A DNA stretch of 64,000 bases from Mustelus asterias (Eukaryota), in assembly GCF_964213995.1 (NCBI RefSeq), contig NW_027590121.1:2666001-2730000 (forward strand), given 5' to 3'. The notes under the pieces were generated by a model that searched no databases, was not told the origin of the DNA, and worked only from the letters and a program-made list of their open reading frames with translations. The position numbers and the translations under genes were made by a program. This document shows positions 12,612 through 22,858 of this stretch, piece by piece; position 1 is the stretch's first letter; the number at the start of each line of letters is the position of its first letter.

Positions 12612-13943
12612 TCATTTGTGAACTCGCTGGTGTGTCACAAGGTGTGATGACTGAGTGAATCCCTTCCCACACTCAGAGCAGGTGAATGGCCTCTCCCCAG
12701 TGTGAACTCGCTGGTGTTTCAGGAGTTGGGAAGACTGAGAGAATCTTTTCCCACATACAGAGCAGGTGAATAGCCTCTCCTTAGTATGAACTCGTTGGTG
12801 CACCAGACTGTCTGATGACTGAATGAATCCCTTAGCACACATGGAGCAGGTGAATGGCCTCTCTCCAATGTGAATTCGCTGGTGCAACAGAAGCTGGTAT
12901 GACTGAATGAATCCCTTCACACTCTCAGAGGATGAATGGTCTGTTCCCAGTGTGAACCTGCTGGTGTGTCACAAGGTGGGATGTCTGAGTGAATCCCTTC
13001 CCACACACACAGCAAATAAATGGCCTCTCCTCAGTGTGAACTCGCTGGTGTGGTTGAGTGAATCCCTTTTCACACACACAGCAAGTGAATGGCCTCACCC
13101 CAGTGTGACGTCACTGGTGAATTAGCAAGTCAAATGACTGAACAAATCTCTTCCCACTCACACACAAGATGAACAGTTTCTCCCCAGTGTGAAGTCGCTG
13201 GTGTATTTGCAGATACTTCTTGCTTTTAAAGCTCTTCTCACAGTCAGAACATTTAAAAAGTCTCTGATCACTGTGTACATGTTGATGTTCAGTGAGCTGG
13301 GATGACTGAGTGAATTCGTTGCCACACACAGGCCTGGTGAATGCGCTCTCCTCAGTGTGAACTTGCTCATGAGCCAGGAGGTCACATGAGTCAGCAAATT
13401 CCTTCCCACATGTGGAACATCTGAACAGCCTCTCCTGGGTATGAACTGGCTGGTGTGTCGACAGACTGGATAACTGAGTAAATCCATCTCCACACATGGA
13501 GAAGGTGAAAGGTCCCTGCATTGATCATGTCCCAGTTCAAAAGGGAAAATTAATCCCATCCCACAGTCACCATATGTCCACGCTTTCTCCGCGATTCAAT
13601 TATTCATTTGTCTCTGCAGGTTGGATGATCAGTTGGAGCCTCACACAGAACACATGTACATTTCTCCACACTGAATGGTATGATGTTTTTTCAGGCTGTT
13701 TAATGGTTAAAGTTCTTTCCACAGTCAGTTCACTGGAACACTCTCACTCGGGTGTATGTGTGTCTCGGTGCTTTTTCAGTTACACTGATGTTTAAAATCT
13801 TTCCCCACAGACAGAACAGACAAACATTTCTCCCACATTCAGAGGTTGATGATATTCAGGTCCTGATGAATCAAGTGACTGTCAGATTTTGATATGATGT
13901 TTGTTCTGACTTTCCCATCTGGAACTTCTCTCCCTCGAACTCC
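12612..13943 (-). pseudogene. Degenerate C2H2 ZNF pseudogene
   Basis: ORFs 12612-12920 and 13111-13521 with broken fingers, stops and frameshifts; the start position reads GCG GAG AAA instead of ATG; acceptor at 13944-13946; no promoter module upstream. Confidence 0.85.
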
Positions 13944-14203
13944 CTGCAAAAGGAGTTTACAGAAGTTATCAGTGTAAGTACAGGACAGAAATTCAGAGCA
14001 AACAATTCTGTGCCCCACACACACTTCTCCCTCTCTGCTCATTGCTCGATTCAGTTTCTAGTCTTCTCTCTAGGTTCTCTCCCCTCCTGTCCTCAAACTG
14101 GTGACACTGGCTGTGGATCAATCCCACTCCGTCACTCTCATTCTCACAAATAATGCAGCTCACAACAACAATTTAACGAAGGGTCATCTGGACTCGAAAC
14201 GTT

Positions 14204-14306
14204 CTAAATGTTAGCGACGCCAAGATCACAGACACCGCCACCTATTTCTGTGCAGTGAAGATCAATATCGGTCGTATAAAAACCGGCAGAAGAACAGTCC
14301 TGGCAT
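14204..14306 (+). pseudogene. 3' part of an Ig V-set (joined V-J-type) exon
   Basis: Hand translation LNVSDAKITDTATYFCAVKINIGRIKTGRRTVLA: DxAxYxC F-strand motif, degenerate GxGTxL, phase-1 GT at 14307. Confidence 0.65.
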
Positions 14307-14427
14307 GTTTGTAGCCTGTGCTTCATCAGAGAACTGGGCATTTATATAAAGCTGTCCCTGGAAAACTTTCTCCAGTCTCCCAGTAAGTGAAATATATTCC
14401 TGATCTGCATTCCTTATTTAACTTCAG

Positions 14428-14454
14428 GCGAGAAGGAACAACATACTGTTAGAT
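14428..14454 (+). other. Putative 27-nt phase 1-1 mini-exon (stalk) of the Ig gene
   Basis: TTAACTTCAG acceptor, GTGAGT donor; open in the phase left by the V exon (xEKEQHTVR). Confidence 0.4.
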
Positions 14455-15335
14455 GTGAGTTATTGCCTGTCCGAATCTACACCAGGCACAGTTGCTGTCC
14501 AAGGACCTTTCTGATGTCCTGGTTGTGCTGTTCGGTGATTTGCTTTCTAAAGGACAATTTTTCACTTCATTGGTTAAATTCAATCCCAGACTTTTATACA
14601 TTTTGTTTTTGATATAGAACCCAGTGACACAGACTCACTGCCTTGGGATCCTTTTCAGTTAACTGGCAGGATGAACAGCCCATAATGAGCGGCATTACTG
14701 CACGCCTGTCGGCATTCTCCACCTCGGCCGGCACACTATGTTCCAAGTTATTTACTGAGCTGATATCACTTGGGGTACAGTTATGAATTCTGATTTCCCA
14801 GACAGGCTCCCCATTGATTTCAACAAGGGCAGGGACAGCAATCCAAACGTTTGATATAAAAACCTGACTCTGTAAAGCTAGAAAGAAACTAATGTCTCAG
14901 GTAAAGGCCCCAAAAACATTTGACTGAATGCGCTGAGGTTTATGTGCTTTTCCTGACGCTGTGCCTCACAGCATAGTAATCGGCCGTTCCATCCTCCGCG
15001 CTCATGCCGCCTATACTGAGGAACCAGACTCGTCAACAGCCATCACAAATGTTCCTGAGATTTTCCCTTTCCCAGTGCTAATTTTTTTTAGTGCTAATTA
15101 CCCATCCTGGGTGCTCTGCCTATTTCTGCTGATGCAATTGCATAGTTGGTCTGATTATTCACAATCGAACTGCGCTAAACCTTCTTCTTGCACAGTTAAC
15201 GGCACCAGAGACTGAGTTACTGCACATATTCCGCCTGTAAAAGTAGATAAATAAGAGTCCAAGGTTAAAGAGGAACGATATATCTGTATGTGTGCGTAAG
15301 TTTCCATTTTACAACCTGTCCATATATATATACAT

Positions 15336-15683
15336 GGGCGGCACGGTCGCACAGTGGTTAGCACTGCTGCTTCACAGCTCCAGGGACCTGGGTTCGATTC
15401 CCGGCTTGGGTCACTGTCTGTGTGGAGTTTGCACATTCTCCTCGTGTCTGCGTGGGTTTCCTCCGGGTGCTCCGGTTTCCTCCCACTGTCCAATGATGTG
15501 CGGGTTAGGTTGATTGGCCATGCTAAAATTGCCCCTTAGTGTCCTGGGATGCATAGGTTAGAGGGATTAGCGGGTAAATATGTAGGGATATGGGGGTAGG
15601 GCCTGGGTGGGATTGTGGTCGGTGCAGACTCGATGGGCCGAATGGCCTCTTTCTGTACTGTAGGGTTTCTATGATTTCTATGA
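15336..15683 (+). mobile_element. HE1-type V-SINE, full length, in a (TA)n tract
   Basis: GGGCGGCACGG head, GGTTCGATTCC B box, V-domain, TTTCTATGA tail repeats. Confidence 0.92.
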
Positions 15684-16040
15684 TATATATATTATATACA
15701 TATATACCGTGAACTATATTAAATCAGATTACAATCTATTGTCGTCAATCTGCTAAACTGTGTTAATGAACATAATTCTTCACTTACTGTCACATAGCGC
15801 CGCCAGTCTGTCTGACTGAGTATCTCAGTGAATGGGAATGGGATGATTGAGACACAATGCAGGGACCAGCCCCATTGTGACCTCACTCAGGAACTCATCC
15901 CTTTTGGCTTCGGTGTTGGACCCACGTGACCTTCTAATGAGTATGCAGGGATTTGGTGCCCTCTGCTGGCAGATTCTGTTCACAGTAAGAAGTCTCACAA
16001 CACCAGGTTAAAGTCCAACAGGTTTATTTGGTAGCAAACA

Positions 16041-16077
16041 CCATAAGCTTTCGGAGCGCTGCTCCTTCGTCAGATGG
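16041..16077 (-). ncRNA. Minimal type I hammerhead ribozyme motif
   Basis: CCAT-CTGACGA-A-GGAGC(AGC)GCTCC-GAAA-GC-TT-ATGG: core, stem II, palindromic stem III, stem I. Confidence 0.8.
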
Positions 16078-16373
16078 AGTGGAAATGTGCTCTCAAACAG
16101 TGCACAGAGACACAAAATCAAGTTACAGAATACTGATTAGAATGCGAATCCCTACAGCCAACCAGGTCTTAAAGATGGAGACAATGTGGGTGGAGGGACT
16201 TGTCTGCTAATTTTTTTTTACTGCTAATTACCCATCCTGGGGGCTCTGCCTATTTCTGCATCTGCATTGTCTGCATCTTTAAGACCTGGCTGGCTGTAGG
16301 GATTCGCATTCTAATCAGTATTCTGTAACTTGATGTTGTGTCTGTTTGCAGTGTTTGAGAGCACATTTCCACT

Positions 16374-16410
16374 CCATCTGACGAAGGAGCAGGTCTCCGA
16401 AAGCTTATGG
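16374..16410 (+). ncRNA. Minimal type I hammerhead ribozyme motif
   Basis: CCAT-CTGACGA-A-GGAG(CAGGT)CTCC-GAAA-GC-TT-ATGG. Confidence 0.78.
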
Positions 16411-16782
16411 TGTTTGCTACCAAATAAACCTGTTGGACTTTAACCTGGTGTTGTGAGACTTCTTACTTTGTTCACCCCAGTCCAACGCCGGTATCTCCAC
16501 ATCAGATTCTGTTCAATCAGGTTTGGAATGGGGTCATTGAGAACATTTTGGGGCTTGTTGATTTACATACCTCACCAAATATCTTCTTCCGAGAATTCTG
16601 AATTGGAATTGGTGAGACTGAATTTTATTATTTGAAGCCAATTGGATGTCATATGATGAGGTTGGCGGCAATGAACCAATCAATAGGGGCCCGGATATGA
16701 CTCAACTTCTTCCCAACTCTTGACGAAAACAATTTCAGCTTCAACCCGTTCTGGTCACATCCACTGCGAGCTCTCGGCAAAC

Positions 16783-16834
16783 ATGTCTCCCGTTACCCTA
16801 TATTTATTCCTCACAGCAGCAGCTCTTTTAACTG
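16783..16834 (+). CDS. Orphan signal-peptide (leader) exon MSPVTLYLFLTAAALLT(G)
   Basis: AAACATGT start, hydrophobic 17 codons, perfect phase-1 G|GTAAGT donor; CCAAT and TGACTCA motifs within 150 nt upstream; no downstream exon found. Confidence 0.6.
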
Positions 16835-17862
16835 GTAAGTTCACAAGTTGCTCAACACTGTGTTTCACATGTTTCCCTCACACTATATTATGTCGGGCAG
16901 TTCGTTCAGTGGAAGGGGGTGAGGGGAGGTGATCGGAGGATTGGCTTGATCTCAACTTCGAATAGTCATTCGGATCTCGCTGATTTCAACACTGAACACT
17001 GTTTGATGGCAGTCGACACATTTTCGAAGTTAGGCCGAGATTCAAACTTCTCTGATAACAAAAAATGATTTGACAATCACTAGACTTTCAAACATACAGA
17101 CACTGAGCAATTTCCCGTTCCAGTCACAGGGAATGAAGGCGAGGAACTAATCTCGTTAGAAAGTACAGAATGTTTATGTTGGAAGTTAGAAAGATAAAAA
17201 AACAGAGTGTTGATTAACAGTGAATAGAGAAAGTTTAACATTAACAATTGAACAGACTTCTCTCCATCCCTCTCAGACCAGGACATGAAATGACCGCTCC
17301 AAAAACATGGATAACTTGTAAAACCAACAGCTCTCAACACCGCTCTGTAAACATCTCTCCCTCCACCTTTCTCAACCAAATTGCCTTCTCAAGACCACTT
17401 TTTTATACTTTAAAAATGTTAAAAAGACCATCTTAGCCCATTCCCATAAATCTTCAATTATAAACTAAAATAGACACGAGTTTCCGGGCGATTTAAAAAC
17501 AAATTAACTGTCTGCTGAAAGAGTTAACTTTTCTACAGAACCTAAAGGGGTGGGGAGTGAGCAGCAAAAACTTGGCACACAATTACATCACTTTACACAA
17601 GTTTAAAACAAAACAAATCATTTTAAATTTCATCCATTAATTTTTTTGTTCTATTCCTCAACCTACTTAATTTGATCAGATTTTGATAGGGATGGTAACT
17701 TTTGTTCTTTATAAACTGATTCACTCATTCTGTTTACTCTACATCAGCTCGAGAATCAGAACCCAGACTTTATCATCCTTATCCTTTTTCTCCTTTTGCC
17801 ACCACTCCCTCTGTTTTGCGGGAGGGTCGTGGGGATTCCAATCAGAACTAATCATTTTATCA

Positions 17863-18040
17863 TAAAAGTGAAATACTGCGGATACTGGAATCTGAAAGAA
17901 AACAGAAAATGCTGGAAAATCTCCGCAGGTCTGACAGTATCTGTGGAGAGAGAATAGAGTCAATGTTTCAAGTCTGGATGTCCCTTTATAAGAGCTCTTA
18001 TGAAGTGTCATCCAGACTCGAAAGATTGGCTCTATTCTCT
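17863..18040. mobile_element. Palindromic Penelope-type repeat, second family, with decayed hammerhead cores
   Basis: AGAGCT-CTTATGA-A-GTGTC(ATCCA)GACTC-GAAA-GA-TT-GGCTCT; relatives at 33050-33235, 43430-43605, 61275-61460 and a fragment at 14174-14203. Confidence 0.65.
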
Positions 18041-18406
18041 AATCAGTTTAATCGATAAGTTTCTTGTTCTTAGTTTCCAAATGGCAGGAAGAGACCTGTC
18101 CGGTCCCCACTTGAGCTCTGATTTTTCGCTGGCCATGCTTGGGTAGGATTATAACCATTAGAATCTACTCTCAGAGGTCTGCTTTTCAGTCCAGTGCTAC
18201 TTGGAGTATACCGTCACTTCACTGACTAATGGGTCACAAGTCCCTCACAGTTCTTATCACAAATTTATGATAAAATAATTTAAACATGCCTGAAAACGCT
18301 TCTTCACCTCTTAGTCAGCTTCCTACCCCCGTTTGTTCATTAGTCAGACCCCTTTTTCACAGATTCCAGGATCTCAGCTGCTGAACACCAGTCGGTCCTG
18401 CAATAA

Positions 18407-18730
18407 TCTCATAGAATCTCTACAGTGCAGTAGGAGGCCATTCGGCCCATCAAGTATGCACCAACCACAATCCCACCGACCCTATCCCCATTACCCCATG
18501 CATTTACCCCAGCTAGTCCCCCTGACACGAAGGGGCAATTTAGCATGGCCAATCCACCTAACCTGCACTTCTTTGGAGTGTGGAAGGAAACCGGAGCACC
18601 CGGAGGAAACCTACACAGACATGGGGAGAATGTGCAAACTCCACACAGGCAGTGGCCCAAGCTGGGAATTGAACTCGGGTCCCTGGCGCTGTGAGGCAGC
18701 AGTGCTAACCACTGTGCCACATGCCGCCCC
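18407..18730 (-). mobile_element. HE1-type V-SINE
   Basis: V-domain and tRNA head; empty site in the paralogue at ~43940. Confidence 0.9.
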
Positions 18731-19947
18731 AGTTTAATTCTAAGTCATTCTGAGTAAATATTCTCACCAGCTCCTCTGTTGGGGCCCTACTAAGCAGCTT
18801 TAATGGTCTGTGATTGCAGAAACTGAGCAGTCACAGGAATGTGGTCAAGATAGTCCAGTCCCAGAATGCCTCACATTCAATCTGCTGTCCTTCAATTATA
18901 ACAGAATATGTGGCTGTATGTAGCTGCCTCGGCCATGGTCAACCCCAACACTGCCTTCTTGAACTGTTATAATGCCTGAGGTGTAGGTACACCCACAGTG
19001 CTGTTAGGGAGGGATTTCCAGCTACACATTCCAGACTTTCACTGGACTGTAGGTGGATACCAGATTGACATATTCCATTCAACCACACCCAAGGTGAGTT
19101 ATTCCAATTCCTTTATTGTCCAGGACAAGATATTCACAATATCTTTAAAACAGGAATTAAACATTCCCATTTGGTTTCAGGTCTTAACATATTCTGTTAG
19201 TTTGTTCTTTATTGTTAATGTCAGGCTGGGGTTGGTCCTCTTGGAGCAAAGGAGGTTGAGGGGAGATTTGATAGAGGTGGACAAGATTCTGACAGGTTTA
19301 GATAAGGTGGACAAAGAACAGCTGTTCCCATTAGCTGATGGGACATGGACGAGGGGGACACAGATTTAAAGTTTCAGGTCAGAGATGTAGGGAGGGATGT
19401 GAGGAAGAATATTTTGATGCAGCGAATGGTAATGACCTGGAACTCGCTGCCTCGGAGGATGGAGGAAATGGAGACAATAAACAATTACAAAGGAAATTGG
19501 ATGGGCATCTGGGGGAGTTTCAAACAGAAATGCTGACTAAATATCTCTGAACTTCCTCACACCCGGTCACTCTGTGATCCGTGTGAAATCTGAAACCAGG
19601 TATTCGCAACAAGACTCAAAGAACATCAGCTCACTGGAGGCAAAGTTGTGAGACCGACCAGTCCAGCAGAAAGAAACCCTCCGACCCTCCCCATTGACTA
19701 ACTGTGAGAATGAACAAAATGCAGTCCTGGATGTAATTGAGAGCAGAAACAATAACAGCAGAATCCAACCCCTGTGCACTTGTTGGTGCCTCAGCAGCCG
19801 TGATGAAATTCTGAACCCTTTTTATACACTGAGCAGGTGGACAGTTTCTCCCCAGTGTAACTTCACTGATGTCTCTCAACAGGTGGGATAACTGAGTGAA
19901 TTCCGTCCCACACTCAGAGCAGGTGAATGGTCTCTCCCCATGTGAAT

Positions 19948-20778
19948 TCACTGGTGTCTCTGCAGGTTGGATAACTGACTGAAACCCTTCCCACACTGAG
20001 AGCAAGTAAATGGCCTCTCCCCAGTATGAACTCGCTGGTGTCTCCGCAGGTGGGATGACTGAGTGAATCTCTTCCCACACTGAGAGCAGGTGAACGGCCT
20101 CTCTCCAGTGTGAACTCGCTGGTGTTTCTGCTGGGTGGATAACTGACTGAAACCCTTCCCACACTGAGAGCAAGTAAATGGCCTCTCCCCAGTGTGAACT
20201 CGCTGGTGTGTCCGCAGCTCGGATGACCGAGTGAATCTCTTCCCACACTGAGAGTAGGTGAATGGCCTCTCCCCAGTGTGAACTCGCTGGTGTGTCTGCA
20301 GGTTGGATGACCGAGTTAATCCCTTCCCACACTGAGAGCAGGTGAATGGCCTCTCCCCGGTGTGAACTCGCTGATGTGTCCGCAGGTCGGATGACCGAGT
20401 GAATCTCTTCCCACAACGAGAGCAGATGAATGGCCTCTCCCCAGTATGAATTCGCATGTGTGTCCATAGATTGGATAACTGGTTGAATCCCTTCCTCCAC
20501 CGAGAGCAGGTGAACGGTCTCTCCCCAGTGTGAATTCGCTGGTGTCTCTGCAAAGTGGATAACACAGTGAATCCCTTTCCACACTGAGAGCAGGTGAACG
20601 GTCTCTCTCCGGTGTGAACTCGCTTGTGTGACTGCAGGCTGGGCAACAGAGCGAATCCCTCCCCACACTGAGAGCAGATGAATGGCCTCTCCCCAGTGTG
20701 GCTGCGCCGATGAGCATCCAGCAGAGAGGGAGCTCTGTATCTCTTCCCACAGTCCGCACATTTCCATGGTTTCTCCAT
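19948..20778 (-). CDS. C2H2 zinc-finger protein, finger-only, ~10 fingers (some degenerate; premature stop, decayed fingers continue to ~19780)
   Basis: GCACCATGG start, MEKPWKC; fingers 4 and 7 each lack a Cys; finger 10 is cut by TGA. Confidence 0.75.
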   Translation of the reverse strand: MEKPWKCADCGKRYRAPSLLDAHRRSHTGERPFICSQCGEGFALLPSLQSHKRVHTGERPFTCSQCGKGFTVLSTLQRHQRIHTGERPFTCSRWRKGFNQLSNLWTHMRIHTGERPFICSRCGKRFTRSSDLRTHQRVHTGERPFTCSQCGKGLTRSSNLQTHQRVHTGERPFTYSQCGKRFTRSSELRTHQRVHTGERPFTCSQCGKGFSQLSTQQKHQRVHTGERPFTCSQCGKRFTQSSHLRRHQRVHTGERPFTCSQCGKGFSQLSNLQRHQ

Positions 20779-21009
20779 GGTGCAGGTGTCCTTGCCTCTC
20801 TCTTGGGTGGCCAATCAGTTGAAGCCTTGTCCACACACAGAACACGGGTACAGTCTCTCCCTGCTGTGAATGGTGTGATATTTATTCAGGCTGTGTAACT
20901 GGTTAAAGCTCTTTAGTCAGTGCACTGGAACACTCTCACTCGGGTGTGGCAGGGTGTTGCTGCTTTTCCACTCACTGATGGCCGAAGTCTTTTCAAATCC
21001 AAGTGGAAG

Positions 21010-21327
21010 CTTTAATCTGAAGCTCAGTGGACAACTTCCGCATTGAGACGTCACAATGGAGCGCTGCCTGAATCAGCCAATAGGAATTACTCGGTTCCGC
21101 AGTGACGTGTCGGGGTTCCATGGCGCAGGCCCGGCTCGCGGACCCGGGAGTCCCGCCCTCACCCATTGTTCCTCCTCCCCCGACACCTCCTCCAGCCACG
21201 GTTTCCAGGCAACCGGCTGGCGGCTCCGGCCAGAGCGAGAAGCCGCACGGTGATCTCCCCCTCCCCCCTCCCTGCGGCGGCTGCTGCTTCAAAAAGAGAT
21301 CGAGAGCGACCGCTGGCGGCAGCCGCA
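21010..21327. promoter_or_regulatory. CpG-island bidirectional promoter (pair 2)
   Basis: Paralogous to 3765-4020; CAGCCAATAG, TGACGT, ACTTCCGC motifs. Confidence 0.7.
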
Positions 21328-21601
21328 CTGCGCCTGCTCCGGACAGCTCGGCTCAGCAGCGCTCTCTGCGCCTGCTCCGGACAGCTGGGCTCAGCAGCGC
21401 TCTCTGCGCCTGCTCCGGACAGCTCGGCTCAGCAGCGCTCTCTGCGCCTGCTCCGGACAGCTGGGCTCAGCAGCGCTCTCTGCGCCTGCTCCGGACAGCT
21501 CGGCTCAGCAGCGCTCTCTGCGCCTGCTCCGGCAGCTCGGCTCAGCAGCGCTCTCTGCGCCTGCTCCGGACAGCTCGGCTCAGCAGCACTCTCTGCGCCT
21601 G
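21328..21601. repeat. 38-bp GC-rich minisatellite, ~7 copies
   Basis: Unit CTGCGCCTGCTCCGGACAGCTCGGCTCAGCAGCGCTCT starting at 21328, 21366, 21404 and onward. Confidence 0.97.
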
Positions 21602-21714
21602 CGTGCTGGGCTGCCAGCTGAGGGAGTGGGGGAGGGGACTTTGGAAAATCTCTTCCCATCATTTTCTTCCAAGTCCCGCAGTTTGATTTGAAACAGAACA
21701 GCTTCTGTTTGTAG

Positions 21715-22140
21715 CTTCACCACAGACTCAAACTTCACACACAGACTCAAACTTCACCACAGACTCAAACTTCACCACAGACTCCAACTTCACACACAGA
21801 CTCAAACTTCACCACAGACTCAAACTTCACCACAGACTCAAACTTCACCACAGACTCAAACTTCACACACAGACTCAAACTTCACCACAGACTCAAACTT
21901 CACCACAGACTCAAACTTCACCACAGACTCCAACTTCACACACACACTCAAACTTCACACACAGACTCAAACTTCACCACAGACTCAAACTTCACCGCAG
22001 ACTCAAACTTCACCACAGACTCAAACTTCACACACAGACTCAAACTTCACACACAGACTCAAACTTCACCACAGACTCAAACTTCACCGCAGACTCAAAC
22101 TTCACCACAGACTCAAACTTCACACACAGACTCAAACTTC
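21715..22140. repeat. 18/19-bp minisatellite, ~23 copies
   Basis: Units CACAGACTCAAACTTCAC / ACACAGACTCAAACTTCAC. Confidence 0.97.
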
Positions 22141-22157
22141 ATCCTCTGGACAACATC

Positions 22158-22297
22158 GTATTTCTCATTTTATGTTTTTAAGTTTCCTTTGTACTTTGAT
22201 TTCTGTTCGGGCTGTTCCCCCTCCTTTTTGGGGAGCTGCCCCTTTTACTTTGTCCTGATTTAATCTGAGTTTGTTTACTTGGTTTGACCGAAAAAGA
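22158..22297 (+). mobile_element. Tx1-type LINE 3' UTR fragment with 10-bp TSD
   Basis: Matches 38365-38500; GGACAACATC at 22148-22157 and 22298-22307. Confidence 0.8.
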
Positions 22298-22658
22298 GGA
22301 CAACATCTGTGAGGAAAACACTTTCTTTCCCCCCCTCGGAAATACAGAGACAGAGAAATTCTCTGGAACTGGAATTAGAGCCAAATATACTGAGGGGGAA
22401 ATGTTTGTGATTTTGTGGAACCTGTTTTTATTGTCTGAGCTTTTTAAAGTGTAATTTATCTTGTCTATTCAAATACTGTTTCTTAATGAATGATTCAGTG
22501 ATGTTAATTTTAGATTAATTTTGAAAGTAAAAATGTTTAAAAATGAAACATTGTCTTTTAGTTTATTCCATTGGGATTTGTGGGAATTTGTTTATTATAA
22601 GGTGACCATGAAGATCGTAACAACATTGATATGTCTGGTGTTGTTATATGGTGCATAT

Positions 22659-22858
22659 GATGTGGAGATGCCAGTGTTGGACTGGGGTGGGCACAGTAAG
22701 AAGTCTCACAACACCTGGTTAAAGTCCGACAGGTTTATTTGGAATCACGAGCTTTCAGAGCGCTGCTCCTTCTCACCTGATGAAGGGGCAGCGCTCTGAA
22801 AGCTCGTGATTCCAAATAAACCTGTTGGACTTTAACCTGGTGTTGTGAGACTTCTTAC
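22659..22858. mobile_element. Penelope-derived fold-back insertion
   Basis: Inverted arms, one with the extra ~35-nt tail; 14-bp TSD TATATGGTGCATAT (22645-22658, 22859-22872). Confidence 0.9.
22773..22809 (+). ncRNA. Minimal type I hammerhead ribozyme motif
   Basis: TCAC-CTGATGA-A-GGGGC(AGC)GCTCT-GAAA-GC-TC-GTGA. Confidence 0.75.

Larger units (their letters stand above)
15983..16502. mobile_element. Penelope-derived fold-back insertion (two inverted terminal arms)
   Basis: Arms ~15983-16190 and ~16275-16470 are inverted copies and match the 3' region of the GIY-YIG element at 54361; 13-bp TSD CAGATTCTGTTCA (15970-15982, 16503-16515). Confidence 0.9.

Noticed and set aside
14250-14330. Rearranging TCR/Ig V segment
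   Set aside because: No heptamer/nonamer RSS after YFC; the J-like motif is already in the same exon
15336-15415. tRNA genes
   Set aside because: The A/B boxes are SINE heads continuing into V-domain and LINE-like tails
17863-18040. Active ribozymes in the second palindromic family
   Set aside because: The catalytic core is mutated in every copy examined (CTTATGA, TTGACAA, TAACGA); kept only as decayed motifs
18368-18390. Possible primer-binding site TGGTGTTCAGCAGCTGAGATCC on the minus strand (also ~43905-43925)
   Set aside because: Not adjacent to a recognisable LTR end, and I cannot match it confidently to a tRNA 3' end
19631-20845. Long alternative-frame ORFs over the finger arrays (WEGIHSVI.. 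and GRDSLSHP.. repeats)
   Set aside because: Shadow frames of 84-bp repeats with biased codons; non-ATG or inconsistent starts; no independent evidence of coding
21102-21686. 194-aa and 151-aa ORFs with repeated motifs
   Set aside because: Translation of the stop-free GC-rich 38-bp minisatellite and promoter
21715-22140. CRISPR-like appearance of short repeats
   Set aside because: Head-to-tail units with no unique spacers, no cas genes, vertebrate context; the unit derives from ZNF exon 1
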